Assembly: GCA_964016885.1 (NCBI GenBank)
Contig: OZ024745.1
Location: 91,202,001 to 91,266,000, forward strand
Length of the DNA stretch: 64,000 nucleotides
Direction: 5' to 3'
Origin: Eledone cirrhosa
Taxonomy: Eukaryota
Part shown: positions 1-14,116 of the stretch, piece by piece
How positions within the stretch are numbered: the stretch's first letter is position 1
How the letters are laid out: the number at the start of each line of letters is the position of its first letter
Notes under the pieces: generated by a model
Told to the model about the DNA's origin: nothing
Databases searched by the model: none
The model's input: the letters and a program-made list of their open reading frames with translations, nothing else
Program-made: the position numbers and the translations under genes

Positions 1-771
1 GTATATTAAACTGTTACTGAAACAACAGTAGAATAGATAAGTGTCATCTAATGGTATTCAATAAATATTGTCTTTTAATACATTAATTTGTCAGTCAATT
101 ACTCTAATGGATATGAAGGTGGGAGGAGTTTTGGTGAAGTCTTTGATGGATTTATTCTGGATGTACATCTATTTGTATGCATCTACAACAGAAAGAAGCT
201 GTGACTAGAGCAGAATACATCAGATTTCACAATGATTAAAGCATTAAAGTGAGATTAATGTGGTTCTTTGATAAATGTTACTTATGTGGTGTAAATATAT
301 GAGAAGTCACGAAAGATTGAGAAAAGATATGAACAGAAATGAAAATTTGAAAAAGAAACATTTCTCATTAAGTTTTCAATTCCAAAATTAATAATTTAAT
401 AATCTTATTACTAATCGATGAGTAGGGAGTAAAATTCTGTTGAACATCATCATCATCATCATCATCATTATTTTTACATGTTTTTTTTTCTATGCCTCCA
501 TGGAAGCCATGTTTTTTTCTACATCTGGAAGCCAATCCTGACACCCATCCACACTTTATTGTAAGTGTGGTATATACACTGCTAACATTCATCAAACTGC
601 TATGCTATAGAATATGTTCTTTATGGAGGACAATGTAACCACTGAAATCTTTTTATAAACCGTGTTATGACATTTTACAATGACTGGTATACACATACCT
701 TCACCCCCTTCCACACATATATACATTACACAGACACACACACAATCAAACTCTCACCCCCTTCTGCACAC

Positions 772-812
<41 letters not shown>

Positions 813-1092
813 ACACACACACAACAGGTCTCTTACAATTTCTATCTACCAAATACACTGACAAACCATTGATAAACCTGGAACTATAGTAGAAAACATT
901 TGTACAAGATACTAAGTAATATGACTGAAGCCAAAACCACATGGTTTAAAGCAATTTCTTAATTTCATAGCCATACTTGAACATGACTTAAGAAATTTTA
1001 GTTTCAACATGTTTTTACGATTAATATGATATATCAATATGGTATTTCGATGTGGCTACTGTTCTATACTTTTGTTTTATTATATATTATTA

Positions 1093-1245
1093 TATGCTTT
1101 GTACCATAGAGTTATAGTCATTTACATTCTGAGTTCAAATCCCGCTGAGGCTAACTTTGCCTTTCATTCTTACGGGATTGATAAAATAAAGCACCAGTAA
1201 TGCACTGCGATAATTGCTGGCCTTCCTTGTGCAACACCGAAATAA
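1093..1245 (+). mobile_element. SINE family B (tRNA-derived, ~190 nt), 5'-truncated
   Basis: B box GAGTTCAAATCC, body CTTTGCCTTTCATTCTTACGGGATTGATAAAATAAAGCACCAG, and 3' AATTGCTGGCCTT. Confidence 0.78.
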
Positions 1246-1404
1246 TACTACTTTCCCAAATTTTCCATTCCTTCTTTTCTATTGTGTATATAAAAAGGAT
1301 TATTTGAGGATGATAGTGATTTCTATTCTAAGCTCAATACCACATGTTAAAAGAATACAATCAATTATATCAACTGATGTTTTGTTTCATTGATCCCAAT
1401 AGAG

Positions 1405-1446
1405 TGAATGGCAAAGTCAAGCCCAGTGGCTTGACTTTGCCATTCA
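1405..1446. repeat. Perfect 19-bp hairpin within a decayed SINE B
   Basis: TGAATGGCAAAGTCAAGCC-cagt-GGCTTGACTTTGCCATTCA. Confidence 0.9.
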
Positions 1447-3062
1447 GAACATACTAGGATGATAAAGTCTGAGTTGTTTATGGTTCTAATCTTGCGTTCA
1501 ATGAAGGCTAACTTAGAAAGATTTCTCCATAAAACCAATGAAATAAGTTAGAGTAATGTATGAGAACATTGGTTTGAAATAAAAATAATTTTGCATTCCA
1601 GTTGAAAAATGTAAGAGATAAGAATGGAAGGGACCTATGATAAAGGTAGGCAAAGGGGATGCCTTGACAAAAAGGATGATAGAAGAGCCGAGCCTGCTGG
1701 GTTTCATAAAGACACTGTTGAACCAAGATGAGTTATGCTCTGTTTCAAACCTGTTCAGCCCATACCAGCATGGTGATAGTAGATATTAAATCAATGACAA
1801 GAATAAGGATAATGAGATTGCTGCAGCTGCTGTTGCTGATGATGATAATAAGGATGATGAGGTAGCAGTGGATGAATGTTATATTGAGGTTTTAGTAAAG
1901 TCCAAAGTATTTAATGAGTTATCTCTAACTTGAGCTCTGGCCAATGCTTTATGATAGCAGATGACAGCAGCAATAATTTAAAACCCTAAGATCAAATGAT
2001 ATTCATATTATCATATGAGAAAAATCCATCAAGGATAGTAATGAATCTGTACATTTTACACTGATATTATCTGATAGGAGAGTATGTGCCATGATGTGCT
2101 ATACAGCCAAACTAAGACTTGTAGACTCCAGATCAAAAGAAAGTAATCTTTCTCTGAGCATCCGATGAGCACAGATTTCATGACATGTTTATTAAATATT
2201 AACAGAATTATAAGCAGGGAAACATCAATTACGGATTAAGAGAGGAATTTTGTTGAAAGCCACAGATAAGATCTTCCATTGTAGTAAGCTTATATTTATG
2301 AATAAGCAGTTATATTTGCATGTGTGTGTGCATGCATGTATGTATATGTGACTGCGAACCTATTCATGTGTTTAGATGTATTTATTATGTTGTGAATGTG
2401 AGAATGTTTGAGAGGGAAGGATTTGGATAAAAGAGATAGAGAGATGGGGGTTGGGGGAGTCAGACATATAAACAGAAGTATTGTAAAGAAAGTAATATAA
2501 GAAAATTAAGGAAAAGGATGCAAAAGGTTGAGAATGAAGAATAAAAGAGCAAAACTGTGCATGTATTTATATGATAATGTGGTTATGTGTGTGTTTATGC
2601 TGAATTCTTTTAAGTGGCAATCTGTAATAGCATCTTAAGACAAATCTAGCTGCATAGCATTGATTATTTATTTTTGACTTGACTTTGACATATTGGTAGA
2701 TTCAAGCTCGACTGGTATCATCTCTGTTGTATGAATCTGATTTATGGTTTGGCACAAACTTCATCAGTTGTGATGCTAGGGCAAGGAACATTGATATTGT
2801 TTTTGATATCTTAACAAACTCATATTTAATTACTTTTTTCTTTTTTTCACATTAGATTTTAAGACTGGCAGTTAAAGCTACTCTAAAGCCGTTGGTATTT
2901 TCCATGTGTTTGATGACTGTTGATGATGATGATGATGATGATACATGCAAGTATGTATCATCATCAACTGCTTCCCTGCCATCATAATCATCACCATCAT
3001 CATCATCTATGTGTTCACATCTTGCTAAAATGGCTGTGTGTGTCTGCAGTATATATATACAT

Positions 3063-3099
<37 letters not shown>

Positions 3100-3329
3100 G
3101 ATATAGATAATATATATATGCCATATATTTCTAGCTGTCAAGTGTCATAACTAAGTATATTGGCAGAAATATTAGAGAAGCCAAAACTAAGTAGCTTGCC
3201 ATATGTAATTTTTACTTGTGATGAATTGTGTTCCAAGTTCCAATCCTGCCTATTAACTGCAATGAAATTATATAGAGTAATATCAGTGTGAGTTTTGGAG
3301 TGTGCATGTATGCATATATATTATATATT

Positions 3330-3598
3330 CACACAACATCCAGTCCTAAATAAATGAGGTTGTGTAGGTGTCACGACAAAAAAACACAGTCCACGCTGTA
3401 ATGTGGCCGTGTAGGTAACATCGTAAAAACCTCCCAGTCCACACTGTAAATGTGGTTGGTGTTAGGAAGGGCATCCAGCCGTAGAAAACCTGCCAGACAG
3501 TCCCATACGAGCGAGACAACCAATCTTGCCTCAAGTGGGACAATTCCCGTCTAAACCCCTGCTAGCGTGGAAGATAGATGTTAAATGATGATGATGAT
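3330..3598 (+). mobile_element. RTE family-2-like 3' UTR fragment
   Basis: CACACTGTAAATGTGGTTGGTGTTAGGAAGGGCATCCAGCC motif, similarity to 29170-29450, and a (GAT)n tail. Confidence 0.8.
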
Positions 3599-3602
3599 AT
3601 TC

Positions 3603-3761
3603 AAAAAGGGGAAAAGAATGACTTCACTTGTAATTCTAAACAATTTAATTTAATTTTATAATATAATTTTACAATTTGGTTTTGTAGATCTACAAAACCA
3701 AATTGTAAAATTAAATTAAATTGTTCAGAATTACAAGTGAAGTCATTCTTTTCCTTTTTTT
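3603..3761. repeat. Spacerless palindrome centred on AGATCT
   Basis: Inner 25 bp perfect (3664-3688 / 3689-3713). Arms extend to ~73 bp with a 13-nt duplication in the left arm. Confidence 0.9.
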
Positions 3762-3838
3762 AAATATACCTAATTGTACCAAAGATTTCACGCATTTTCC
3801 AATATGTATATAAATATGTATATATATATATGAGAGAG

Positions 3839-3928
3839 TTCCACAACAAATTAACAAACCATACTTGAACTCATGTCCTTCAGGTGAAAAGTGTGTTCTC
3901 AAGTATGGTTTGTTAAATTGTTGTGGAA
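3839..3928. repeat. 30-bp inverted repeat around a 30-nt decayed hammerhead-like spacer
   Basis: Arms 3839-3868 / 3899-3928 with 1 mismatch. Spacer a-CTCATGT-CC-ttca-GG-t-GAAA-agtgt-GTT-c. Flanked by (TA)n. Confidence 0.7.
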
Positions 3929-4321
3929 TTAGCTCTATACCAAACTTGTCCCTTCTTGGATATAACCTTCTACTTTTTCACTACAATATATATATATATA
4001 TACTTTCATTAGTTTTTTTTTTCATTAGCGACCATCCTAGGGCAGGACCTTTAACACACTTAGTCAATCACATTGGCCCCATGACTTGTACTTTTTTAAC
4101 TATTTATTGAACTGTGATGTTATGTGAAATAAACAGACATAAACATAAACATGGAGACAGTTACTCATACAGATGCATCCACACATACACACATGACCAC
4201 ACACACACACGATCACACATACACACACACATATATTTGTATATGAATATATATACCTATGATAATCTTCCATCTGTGTTTATGGAGATAGACATACATA
4301 CACACATCCACAGAATATGAT

Positions 4322-4478
4322 TCTGTACAGTTTCCACCTCCCAAATTTAATTCACAAGGCATGGTAAACCATAGGCTATTGTAGAAGACACTCACCCAAG
4401 TTACCATGCTGTGGAACCAAACTGAAAACAAGATGGTTGCAAATTGAGCATCTAAACTACACAGCCATGTTTGTACTT
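4322..4478 (-). mobile_element. Old tRNA-derived SINE, family C; related copies at ~54700-54858 (-) and ~56565-56700 (+)
   Basis: TCACAAGGC...GGCTATTGTAGAAGACACTCACCCAAG...CACAGCCATG is shared among copies. The minus strand has a degenerate A box TGGCTGTGTAG. Confidence 0.55.
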
Positions 4479-6379
4479 AAATTTCACACAGTTTCGTTAC
4501 TATTTTTACCAACATGTTTTGCTTATGAAACTTCTTTCCTTCCTATGGTTTATCCATTATGTAATTTCATTATAGAGTGATAGGATGGTAACCAAAATAT
4601 ATTTTCTCATCTAATTATCCATTTACATAGCCGTGTGATCATATGCACTCCCCATGAAATGTTTCTTTTACCTATCCTGTTGATGACTGATTCTATGTTA
4701 TTTATGGATGTATTTATTTATTTAGATTGTTCTATTTTTCTTACCATTTCTATTGATTATATCTTTTCTCATTAACTGGCATCTTCTCTTTGAAAAAAAA
4801 ACAAAAAAACACACAAAATATCAGTAATTAGTTCACTTCTGTGATTTCTATTGAAGATTGTCTAAAGTCCCCTTGAATTGTTAATATCTGAAACTAATGC
4901 ATAAAAAAAAGGGAAATACCTGCCAGCAAAAACAACTAAATGCTGCTGTCATTAGAAGTTTATGTCATTTCTTATAATTTTTTTCTTCTGTTTTTGTTTA
5001 GTCACATTTTTGAAGAAAGTTATTTTGAAATGTAACTTCTATTTATAGCTGTTGTTTTTATTGATGTAGTGGTTTAATCTGAACGGTCAGGCTTTGATAA
5101 CATATAATAATGACAAGCTGCTCTAGCTTACATGATAGCAGTAATTTTCTTTGTGATGTTTATATGATTTCTGCTCTCTTTGGTTGTCAGAGTTGGAAGA
5201 TAGAAAAAGAATGAAAGGCAAAGAAATTCTGATTTGAGCTTAAAGCACAATTTTTACAAATATTTACACTTGCTCTTTTATTCCACTATAAGTTAGGCAT
5301 ATAAACCTAATTTGTATATCTCATTCACTAATTATAGTGCTTCTTGTACATTGAACTTAAGAAATCCGTTATCTAACAGCGTGTATAACACTGTGTACTG
5401 ACAATAACATAAAGAAAAAATAAAAGGGTTTTTTAGTGTAACATAAACATGTTTTTCTCATTGGAGCATACACAATATTGCAACTCACATAAGCTGATCT
5501 GTTAGGTTTTGATAAACTGTGGTTGGCTTTTGCATGCAATGCATAGATAATTTTAGCTAGCTTATATATATATTAGAAAACATATCTGCATATTTGTTTT
5601 GCGAGATTCTTGATGTGAAATCGTGTTGAAACCGATATTGTTATATTTGCGAATGGTCATGTTGCCAGTATTGCCAATAAAATGAATATATATATATATA
5701 TAATGCATGTGTGTGTAGGTAGGTAGTGAATTGGCTGAGTCATCAGGGTATTTGTGGTAAAAATGCCTCTGTACCAGTTTAGTACTGGGATCGATTTTTC
5801 CTGTCTTTATTATTTTCCTTTCTCTTTCTCTCTCTGGAAGAAAGTAACGGTGTACCAGCTTGATGAGCTCCATCAGGTTTTAATTACACAAGATGACCCT
5901 ATTACTCAATATATATATTAATTATAAGAACAGATTTACTCTACGGGCTTATACATATTATATATATATAATCCTTATTGCGCCCTCTTCGGATTTTAGT
6001 CTTCAGATTTATTATTACTATATATTTATATATATATATATATGAGAGAGAGAGGTTGATACTTATATATAATATCAATTCACACATTTAAATATCTTAA
6101 ATTTATATATTAGATGATAAGTTGCTCTATTCCCGGTATTTACAGACGTTTATGCAAATCTGTAATTATAAGGTCCAGTGCCTTTTGTATGATTGCCATG
6201 ACAATCTTTTCAGTGGATAACATTGCAAATAGTTTTGTGAACAATGTCATATCTTGTGTAAAGATGGTATGTGTGTGTGTGTACATATGTATGTGTGAGT
6301 GTATATGTCTCTTAATTTTGAATTTATTTTTGACTGTCCACCTTCCCAAATAAAATTTTCCTCCTCTCTTGTGCAATTG

Positions 6380-6870
6380 CTTTTTTTTTTTAATTGTATG
6401 AATGTTTTACAAGTTTTGAATGTTCCAGATATCACGACTATTTGTAGCTTATAAATCAAGGATCTGCATTCTTTCTCCATGAATCTAACTTCAGTCATAC
6501 TTTGGTCCAGTTGAGCTGCTATATATCATGTAGCTCCAATAATAATAGGTATGAAACTGAACATGTTTTGGGTACTGGATCTGCAAGCTCCTCATTCTCT
6601 TGTATTTTTCTTACTACATTGATATTGAGTGGACAACTGGGTTCTACAACAGAGCATGTTTTTATTATGTGGTTCCAAACAACAATATCAAGTCAGTTGT
6701 GTTTTAATTTGGTAACAGTTTTATTTTTAGGTATCTCCAATATTTCTTTGATTCATAAGTTTCAACCTATTCATCCCTATTTATAGTTATTTTCATCTTT
6801 CATAGCCAGAACAATCTGGAATGCACTATCATGTCATACCTCATGGCAAAGTAGTAATGAGTCTCATGAT
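6380..6870 (-). mobile_element. R4/Dong-like C-terminal (RLE endonuclease) remnant
   Basis: Across frameshifts: YYFAMRYDMI, KLKHN*LDIVVWN..TCSVVEPSCPLNINVVRKIQE and FSFIPIIIGA..LIYKLQIVVISGTFKTCKTF. Overlaps in sequence with 26495-26570. Confidence 0.68.
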
Positions 6871-8929
6871 ATATGTATGTATGTGTTTGGATGGATTGTC
6901 TGTCACTCATATTTGTAATAACTTGTTGGCTAAGCTAGTGATAAGAAGCAATGGGTTAATCTTTCAGCATCATTAGAAGACATTGGGCACTATGTTGTAT
7001 AATAATATTGACAGGAGAATAAACTGTGAACAAATAGAGTTTACTGTCCAATTGCTATATACACACACACAAGAATATATTATGTATATTAGCAGAAAGA
7101 AAGGGAAACAAAGGAAGAACGAGTAACAGATAAAGAGGAACAGACTGAACGATAACGTATTTAGATTTAAAGCTTCAGATAATATCTCACAGGGATTTCT
7201 TCAATGTATTACTTACTATCAAACAAATATGTTAAAACTGAAGCATTTAACAAATTCTTTTCTATTAGGAAACGTTAAGGCTTACTGACCAAATTTCATA
7301 TTTTATAAACACCTTTGATGATCAATGTAGAAATTACCTGATAATTATTTGATTAAATTTTTTTTTTTTTTAAATATATTTCTCTGTTTTATTCACAGTT
7401 GTATAAAAAATATAATAATATGATGCTTACAGAAGGAAAACACAAACAAATATAATATATACAAAGGAAAGGGAAAGGAAAACAGAAATAAGAAAAAAAA
7501 GAGAAAAACACATAAGCAAGCAATACACACATTTAGAACCACATACAATAAAAAACAAGTGAAATGGGTGGTTATTTTCTTTTTGTTGTAAGATTAAAAA
7601 CAATGTTGTAATAGAGAAAGTATCAGTTGCTGGTTGTTGCAGTCCGCCCTAACAGTCTTGGAAGTATAATGTAACACCTTATACCTAATCAATACATATT
7701 CAGTCTATAGTAAAATATACTTAAATATGTAATATTCATTGTGTTTTTAGGGGTCACTAATTATCTCTGCTTAATGAGGCTCAACAGTGAAGCCAATTAT
7801 GTTTGCAAGCAGATTCTGTATTGAATTTGCTAGACAATATTTATAACACTTGAGCCAGAAGGCCAACTTTTCAGATTTCATTAGACAGGTTTTTGATTTG
7901 TGGGATGCAGTCTGGTTATCTTTTGCTCACCATTCTCTTTATACATAACCAAAAGCTGTTGTTATTTTTTTTTTAATCTTAAGCCAGTGCTGACTATGCA
8001 ACAATCTTATCATTTTAAAGGTATATAAGACTACATAATCTAATGGACGCTTGCTTTATTCAAGAAGGTTCCCAGCTCTGACTATTCCACCTTTGTGTGT
8101 GTATGTGTGATGTAGAAGGCAGGATTACTTTGTTCATTGTGTTCTTTTTCTAAAGGGTATTATTTCTGGCTGCTATTTCTAACAATTCGACCAGCTATAC
8201 AAAGGTTCTTGTTAACCAGTATAACGAGAAAGTTTTTGCAGGTGAGAGATTTCATGCTAAGCTTGATAGATTTAGCCATTGTTTGATTGCTTCAACCCCC
8301 CAATATTTATCATAGAAATATAGGTTTCGATTTAGGGAAGAAATTGATATTGCTTTCTTTGTCTCTCATGCTTCACTTGTTAAGAATGGGAGTTATAATG
8401 ACTTGAGAATGGTATTGTTTTCTGTTGATAATATTGCTATATGTCTGTCAGCGGTTGGACATGTAGTGGCAGTAGAAGAATAAGTTGCAGCAAACTGTTA
8501 CAAAGTATGTGAACAATGGATATTGTGTACATGCAATCTGTTATGCTGCAAAGAGATCGATTTGAATGGTTGTTGTTGTTATTGTTTTTTGCCAAATGAA
8601 CCCTGATAGTGAATACCTTTTTATCATAGTCAGTCCATCCTAACCATATTATATTATTTTTCAGGCATAATGTATCTCTGACTACATTATCCCATGTGTG
8701 AAGACAGTAGAGTCTTAGTTTATGGAGATTTGACTGTTATTTCTAGCATATGGAGTCATTATGTATAAGCTTTCTCACTGGGTCATGGTTTATTATTTGT
8801 TATGGTTTGTGGTAGGACGTGAGTTGATTTGGACCTATCCAACCCCTACAAGCATAGAAGAAAAGACATAAAAATAATGATAATGATGAAGAATGGTGGT
8901 GCCCATAGTTTTCAAAAGTTCAACCACCA

Positions 8930-9200
8930 CACTATTGGCTTCTTTGAATTTTTGCAGGTTGATGACAGTATATAAAATATTGAGAGAGAGGAGTTTCCAG
9001 AATTGTGAAAGGTTTGAGTGAAGTCTTTAGTGCAGTGTTTCCAATAGAAGAGATGCAGGTGAATTGCATGGCTTGGATAAGAGTGGTACACAGCTTCCTA
9101 GTAAAGATGAACAGAAATCACTGTAATATCTGTATAAAAACAAAGGAAGGATACAGCATACCAGTGTTCTAGTTGTTGTAGTTTGTTTGGGTGTAATGTT
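8930..9200 (-). mobile_element. Highly decayed L2/CR1-group LINE 3' remnant
   Basis: Across frameshifts: LYRYYSDFCSSLLGSCVP...QFWKLLSLNIF..INLQKFK resembles L2/CR1-group ORF2 C-termini. Confidence 0.4.
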
Positions 9201-9272
9201 TTGTCAATCAGTCAGATGGCTTTCATTAATATGATCAAGAATGTTTGTGTATGTAACAGTAATCTAGTTTAA

Positions 9273-9888
9273 CCATTTAGCATTTACATTAGATGGAGGC
9301 ACATGGTCTAGTGGTTAGAGCATTGGCCTTGCAATCAAAAGGTTGTGAGTTCAGTTTTCAGACCAAATGATGTGTTGTTTCCTTGAACAAGACACTTTAT
9401 TTCACATTGCTCCAGTTTACTCAACTGTAGAAATGAGATGATAGGACTGGGGTTCCTATCATTCCACTGCAAAGTGGTCGTGGAGGTGCCATGGCAAAAA
9501 AGCACCCAGCCCACACTGTAAAGTGGATGTGTAGGCGCCACGGAAAAAAAAAGCACCCAGCCCTCACTGTAAATGAGGTTGGTGTTAGGAAGGGCATCCA
9601 GCTGTAGAAATCAAGCCAGAATCAGTTCCCATCCCACCCTTGCAAGCAAGGAAAAAGCGGACGTAAAATGATGATGATGATGATTATTCTATGGTTACTA
9701 TTATATTTTCACCGTAAAGGCTTAATCTCACATAATTATCTCACATAATATTGAATCTATGAGAGTTTGATATTATTTATTTTGAGAACAATACCTTAAC
9801 ATCAGTATGAGTGGCCAGTTATGGCTGGTTTGAACAGAAAGAGGTGAGAGAATTCTGGCCGAATATGGCCGCTTTAAATGCTGAAGGG
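9273..9888. mobile_element. piggyBac-type MITE (TTAA TSD) interrupted by a CORE-SINE
   Basis: TTAA|CCATTTAGCATTTA...TAAATGCTGAAGGG|TTAA. Internal sequence matches 40617 and 59802. Confidence 0.82.
9295..9684 (+). mobile_element. tRNA-derived CORE-type SINE with RTE tail, nested in a TTAA MITE
   Basis: A box TGGTCTAGTGG and B box GAGTTCAGTTT. Central CCTTGAACAAGACACTTTA...CTCCAGTTTACTCAACTGTAGAAATGAGATGATA resembles the MIR/CORE domain. RTE-like tail and (GAT)n. Confidence 0.88.
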
Positions 9889-11249
9889 TTAAGATACACT
9901 CATGTCCTGCTTACAATCAGAAACTGCTCAACCTGAAATATTTTCTGGTCTTGAAGAAGAGTTTTTCTTTCTGTGATGCCATACCAGATATCTTATAAAT
10001 ATATGGTTTCCAGAAAAGAACATCTACAATTGGTTTGTGACAGCTTTAGTTGTAAGTTGTTTATGATATGTAGTATTGTATGTTTAAGTTATAGGTATAG
10101 TGGCTGTGTTTTAGTATTGTTGGAGGAAGATAATCATCTCATCACTTCAATGCATGTTTTCGAAATATTTCTACATAGAAGTGAAGGTTTTGGGGTGAAG
10201 TGTTGAAGTTGTGTATAGAAAATTCCTATGTGCAGAAGGTGAAAGAACAAATGAAGGGTGTGTTGGCTGGTGGTAACTGCAAGTAAATAGGTGTAGAGAA
10301 ACATAAAAGTGAGAGGAATGAGTTTTAGATGTATCAGTGTTAATAAAATAGGTATTGAGAGAATCCTGCTGACATGTCATGTGTTGCAATGGTATGATAT
10401 GACATAACAGAAAACCTCTAATCCAACAGATGAGAATGGTGTGGTGCCTGTATGTCGGCAACTTTGCTAGGAGATTCTCATGTCAGATATATAGTCAAAG
10501 GTTTTCCTAATGTCAAAGAAAACATTTTATTTATCAAACATCTTTGAACCCTAACACTCTATTATATTATATATGATCTTCAATCTTGAGCATCCACAAG
10601 AAAATAGCTGAAAAGATGATATTTGCCAATTAAACCTGAAAAATAAATGTATGAACTTGAAAAATCATGGCAGAGACTTCCCAGAGATCTCATTCTAAAG
10701 CAGGGACATGAATTGATTGCTGATTGGAGCAAAACGTAGTGTAAGGAACAATATTAATCAATACCACAGAACAGAATATTAGACTGATGAGATATAATCA
10801 AATATAATCAAGATCAAATTACTGAATCTATGAATTCATAGTGTTAAAAAAGGGAAATGATTGGCATGAGACATAGAATAGCAAGATCAGATGTAGAAAG
10901 GTATATTGTTGTTTCAAATAGATTCATGCTCCAGTATATACATATATTCACCATGATACTAGCAATGCTTTAAAAAAATTCTCACACATACATAAACTAT
11001 CTTGAAAAATAAAGTTCCAGAAGAGAAGAAATGGTAAATAGATTTCAAGTATAGATTCAATCTTGCTTAGTCGTTTTTGCTGGGAATCTAAACCCAATAC
11101 TAGAAATTGAACTATTGAACTGTGAACATTAATGATTTATTTATTGTATTGATCTATATAAATAGTGCTCACATTCCAACATCTCTCTCTGCTGTTAGCC
11201 TAAATGTGTGCACATATAATATACGCATCTGTGGGGCATTTGTAAGTTT

Positions 11250-11292
<43 letters not shown>

Positions 11293-11642
11293 TTTATATC
11301 TATCTTCCTTCATCCTATGTTATTTCTTTGCTTAAGTTGGCAAATTCAATTACTTTCCTCATTGGAAAGCAATGAAGGAAGCTCTTTATTCAAATTTCCT
11401 TCGTCACTTGCTTTACTTTTTTATTATTTGATCTTTGCTTTTTATATATTTTACCTTCTCTCTACTTTTTGATGGTATCCTTTCACTGCGTTTCAGTAAT
11501 AAATACATTAGAGATGTTCCTTCTTAGGTTTCATAGCACGCTCACACATCTAAGGGCTCATTGGACAAACACTAAGCATAGGAGAAAAAACATAGATTGT
11601 AAAAAAAAAAAATACAAACGAATAATTATTTCTCTCTCTCTC

Positions 11643-11679
<37 letters not shown>

Positions 11680-11964
11680 TTACACGCTCACACATATATA
11701 TCCATATATATATATATGTGTGTGTGTATATATGTATATATATATGTATGTGTATGTATCTATGTATGTACATATATATATATATATATTTATATATTTA
11801 TATATATATTCATATATATATATATTTATATATATATATATATTTATATATATATTCATATATATATATATTTATATATATATATATATTTATATATATA
11901 TTCATATATATATTTGTATATATATTCATATATATATATTTATATATATATTTATATATATATT

Positions 11965-11997
<33 letters not shown>

Positions 11998-12494
11998 TTA
12001 TATATATATTTATATATATATTTATATATATATTTATATTTATATATATATATATATTTATATATATATTTATATATATATATTTATATATATATTTATA
12101 TATATATATATATTTATGTATATATTCATATATACATAAATATTAATATATATATTTATATATATATATATTTATATATATATATATTTATATATATATA
12201 TATTTATATATATATATATTTATATATATATATATATTCATATATATATATATATTCATATATATATATATTTATATATATATATATTTATATATATATA
12301 TATTTATATATATATATATTCATATATATATATATATTCATATATATATATATTCATATATATATATATTCATATATGTATATACATATATACATATATT
12401 CATATATATATATATTCATATATGTATATACATATATACATATATTCATATATATATACATATATTCATATATATATACATATATATATATATA

Positions 12495-12532
<38 letters not shown>

Positions 12533-13370
12533 TATATATATATGTTCATATATATATATATTCATATATATATTTATTTATATATATATGTTCATATATA
12601 TATATTCATATATATGTATATATATATATATTCATATATATGTATATATATATATATTCATATATATGTATATATATATATATTCATATATATGTATATA
12701 TATATATATTCATATATATGTATATATATATATATTCATATATATGTATATATATATATATTCATATATAGTATATATATATTCATATATATGTATATAT
12801 ATATATATTCATATATATGTATATATATATATATATTCATATATATGTATATATATATATATATTCATATATATGTATATATATATATATATTCATATAT
12901 ATGTATATATATATATATATATTCATATATATGTATATATATATATATATTCATATATATGTATATATATATATATATTCATATATATGTATATATATAT
13001 ATATTCATATATATGTATATATATATATATATTCATATATATGTATATATATATATATATTCATATATATGTATATATATATATATTCATATATATGTAT
13101 ATATATATATATTCATATATATGTATATATATATATATTCATATATATGTATATATATATATATATATTCATATATATGTATATATATATATATTCATAT
13201 ATATGTATATATATATATATTCATATATATGCATATATAGATATTCATATATATGTATATATATATTTAGATTTATATATATATATATATATATATATTC
13301 ATATATTTATATATATATATATATATATTCATATATATATATATATATTTATATTCATATATATATATAG

Positions 13371-14116
13371 CAGGCAAACTAACAGGTAGGGAGAAATATG
13401 TATGCAGTAGATGTACAGGGAAATTAGACAGTAGAAGTCGCATTGATAGACACATTTTTCAAATGCAGGAGGGCGCTATAGAAGTGGTGGATAGCTTCCG
13501 GTACCTAGGAGATCAGATTAGCATGGGAGGAGGGTGTTCCGAGGCCATAGTATCTAGAATAAGGATGGGTTGGAAGAAGTTTAGGGAGCTGCTTCCTCTG
13601 TTGACGAAGAAGGGTTTCTCCCTGCGTACGAAAGGCCGGTTGTATGATGCCTGTGTGAGGAGCGCGATGCTGCATGGTAGTGAGACATGGGCAGCTACCG
13701 CAGAATATATGCGACGGCTGGAGAGAAATGAGGCAAGCATGCTCCGTTGGATGTGCAGTGTAAATGTGCGTGAACGACCCAGCATAAATGTGTTGAGAGA
13801 GAAACTGTGTCTGAGAGGGATAGAATGTAGTGTACGGGAGAGGAGACTGAGGTGGTATGGACATGTGATGCGCATGGAGGATGACCGATGGGTGAAGAAG
13901 TGCCAGGAAATGCCAGTTGAAGGAAGACGTGGTAGAGGTAGACCACGAAAAACATGGGCGGAGGTGGTGAGAACAGACCTCAGATCATTGAAGCTCACGG
14001 TGGAGATGACGAGGGACCGTGACGAGTGGAGAGATGCTGTGCTGAATAAGACCCGTCCCACCCTTGCAAGTAGGGAAAAGCGGACGTAAAATGATGATGA
14101 TGATGATGATGATGAT
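13371..14116 (+). mobile_element. 5'-truncated RTE-clade LINE (family 1): end of PHD finger, RT thumb/C-terminus, (GAT)n tail
   Basis: ORF 13463-14089 (EVVDSFRYLG...RERRLRWYGHVMRM...RGRGRPRKTW) is typical of the RTE C-terminus. The frame is open back to 13373 ([14 protein letters not shown]). The stop codon lies inside the tail motif GGACGTAAAA, followed by (TGA)n. Confidence 0.93.

Noticed and set aside
5580-6010. Partial hammerhead-like words (GAAACC...GGTC at 5627-5658; CTGATGA on - near 5745; CTGAAGA on - near 6005)
   Set aside because: No complete core with paired stems. Possibly old PLE debris but not supportable individually.
9960-11100. Traces of very old LINE coding sequence (also ~100-300, 37550-37800, 46150-46440)
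   Set aside because: Too degenerate to assign boundaries or clade reliably by eye.
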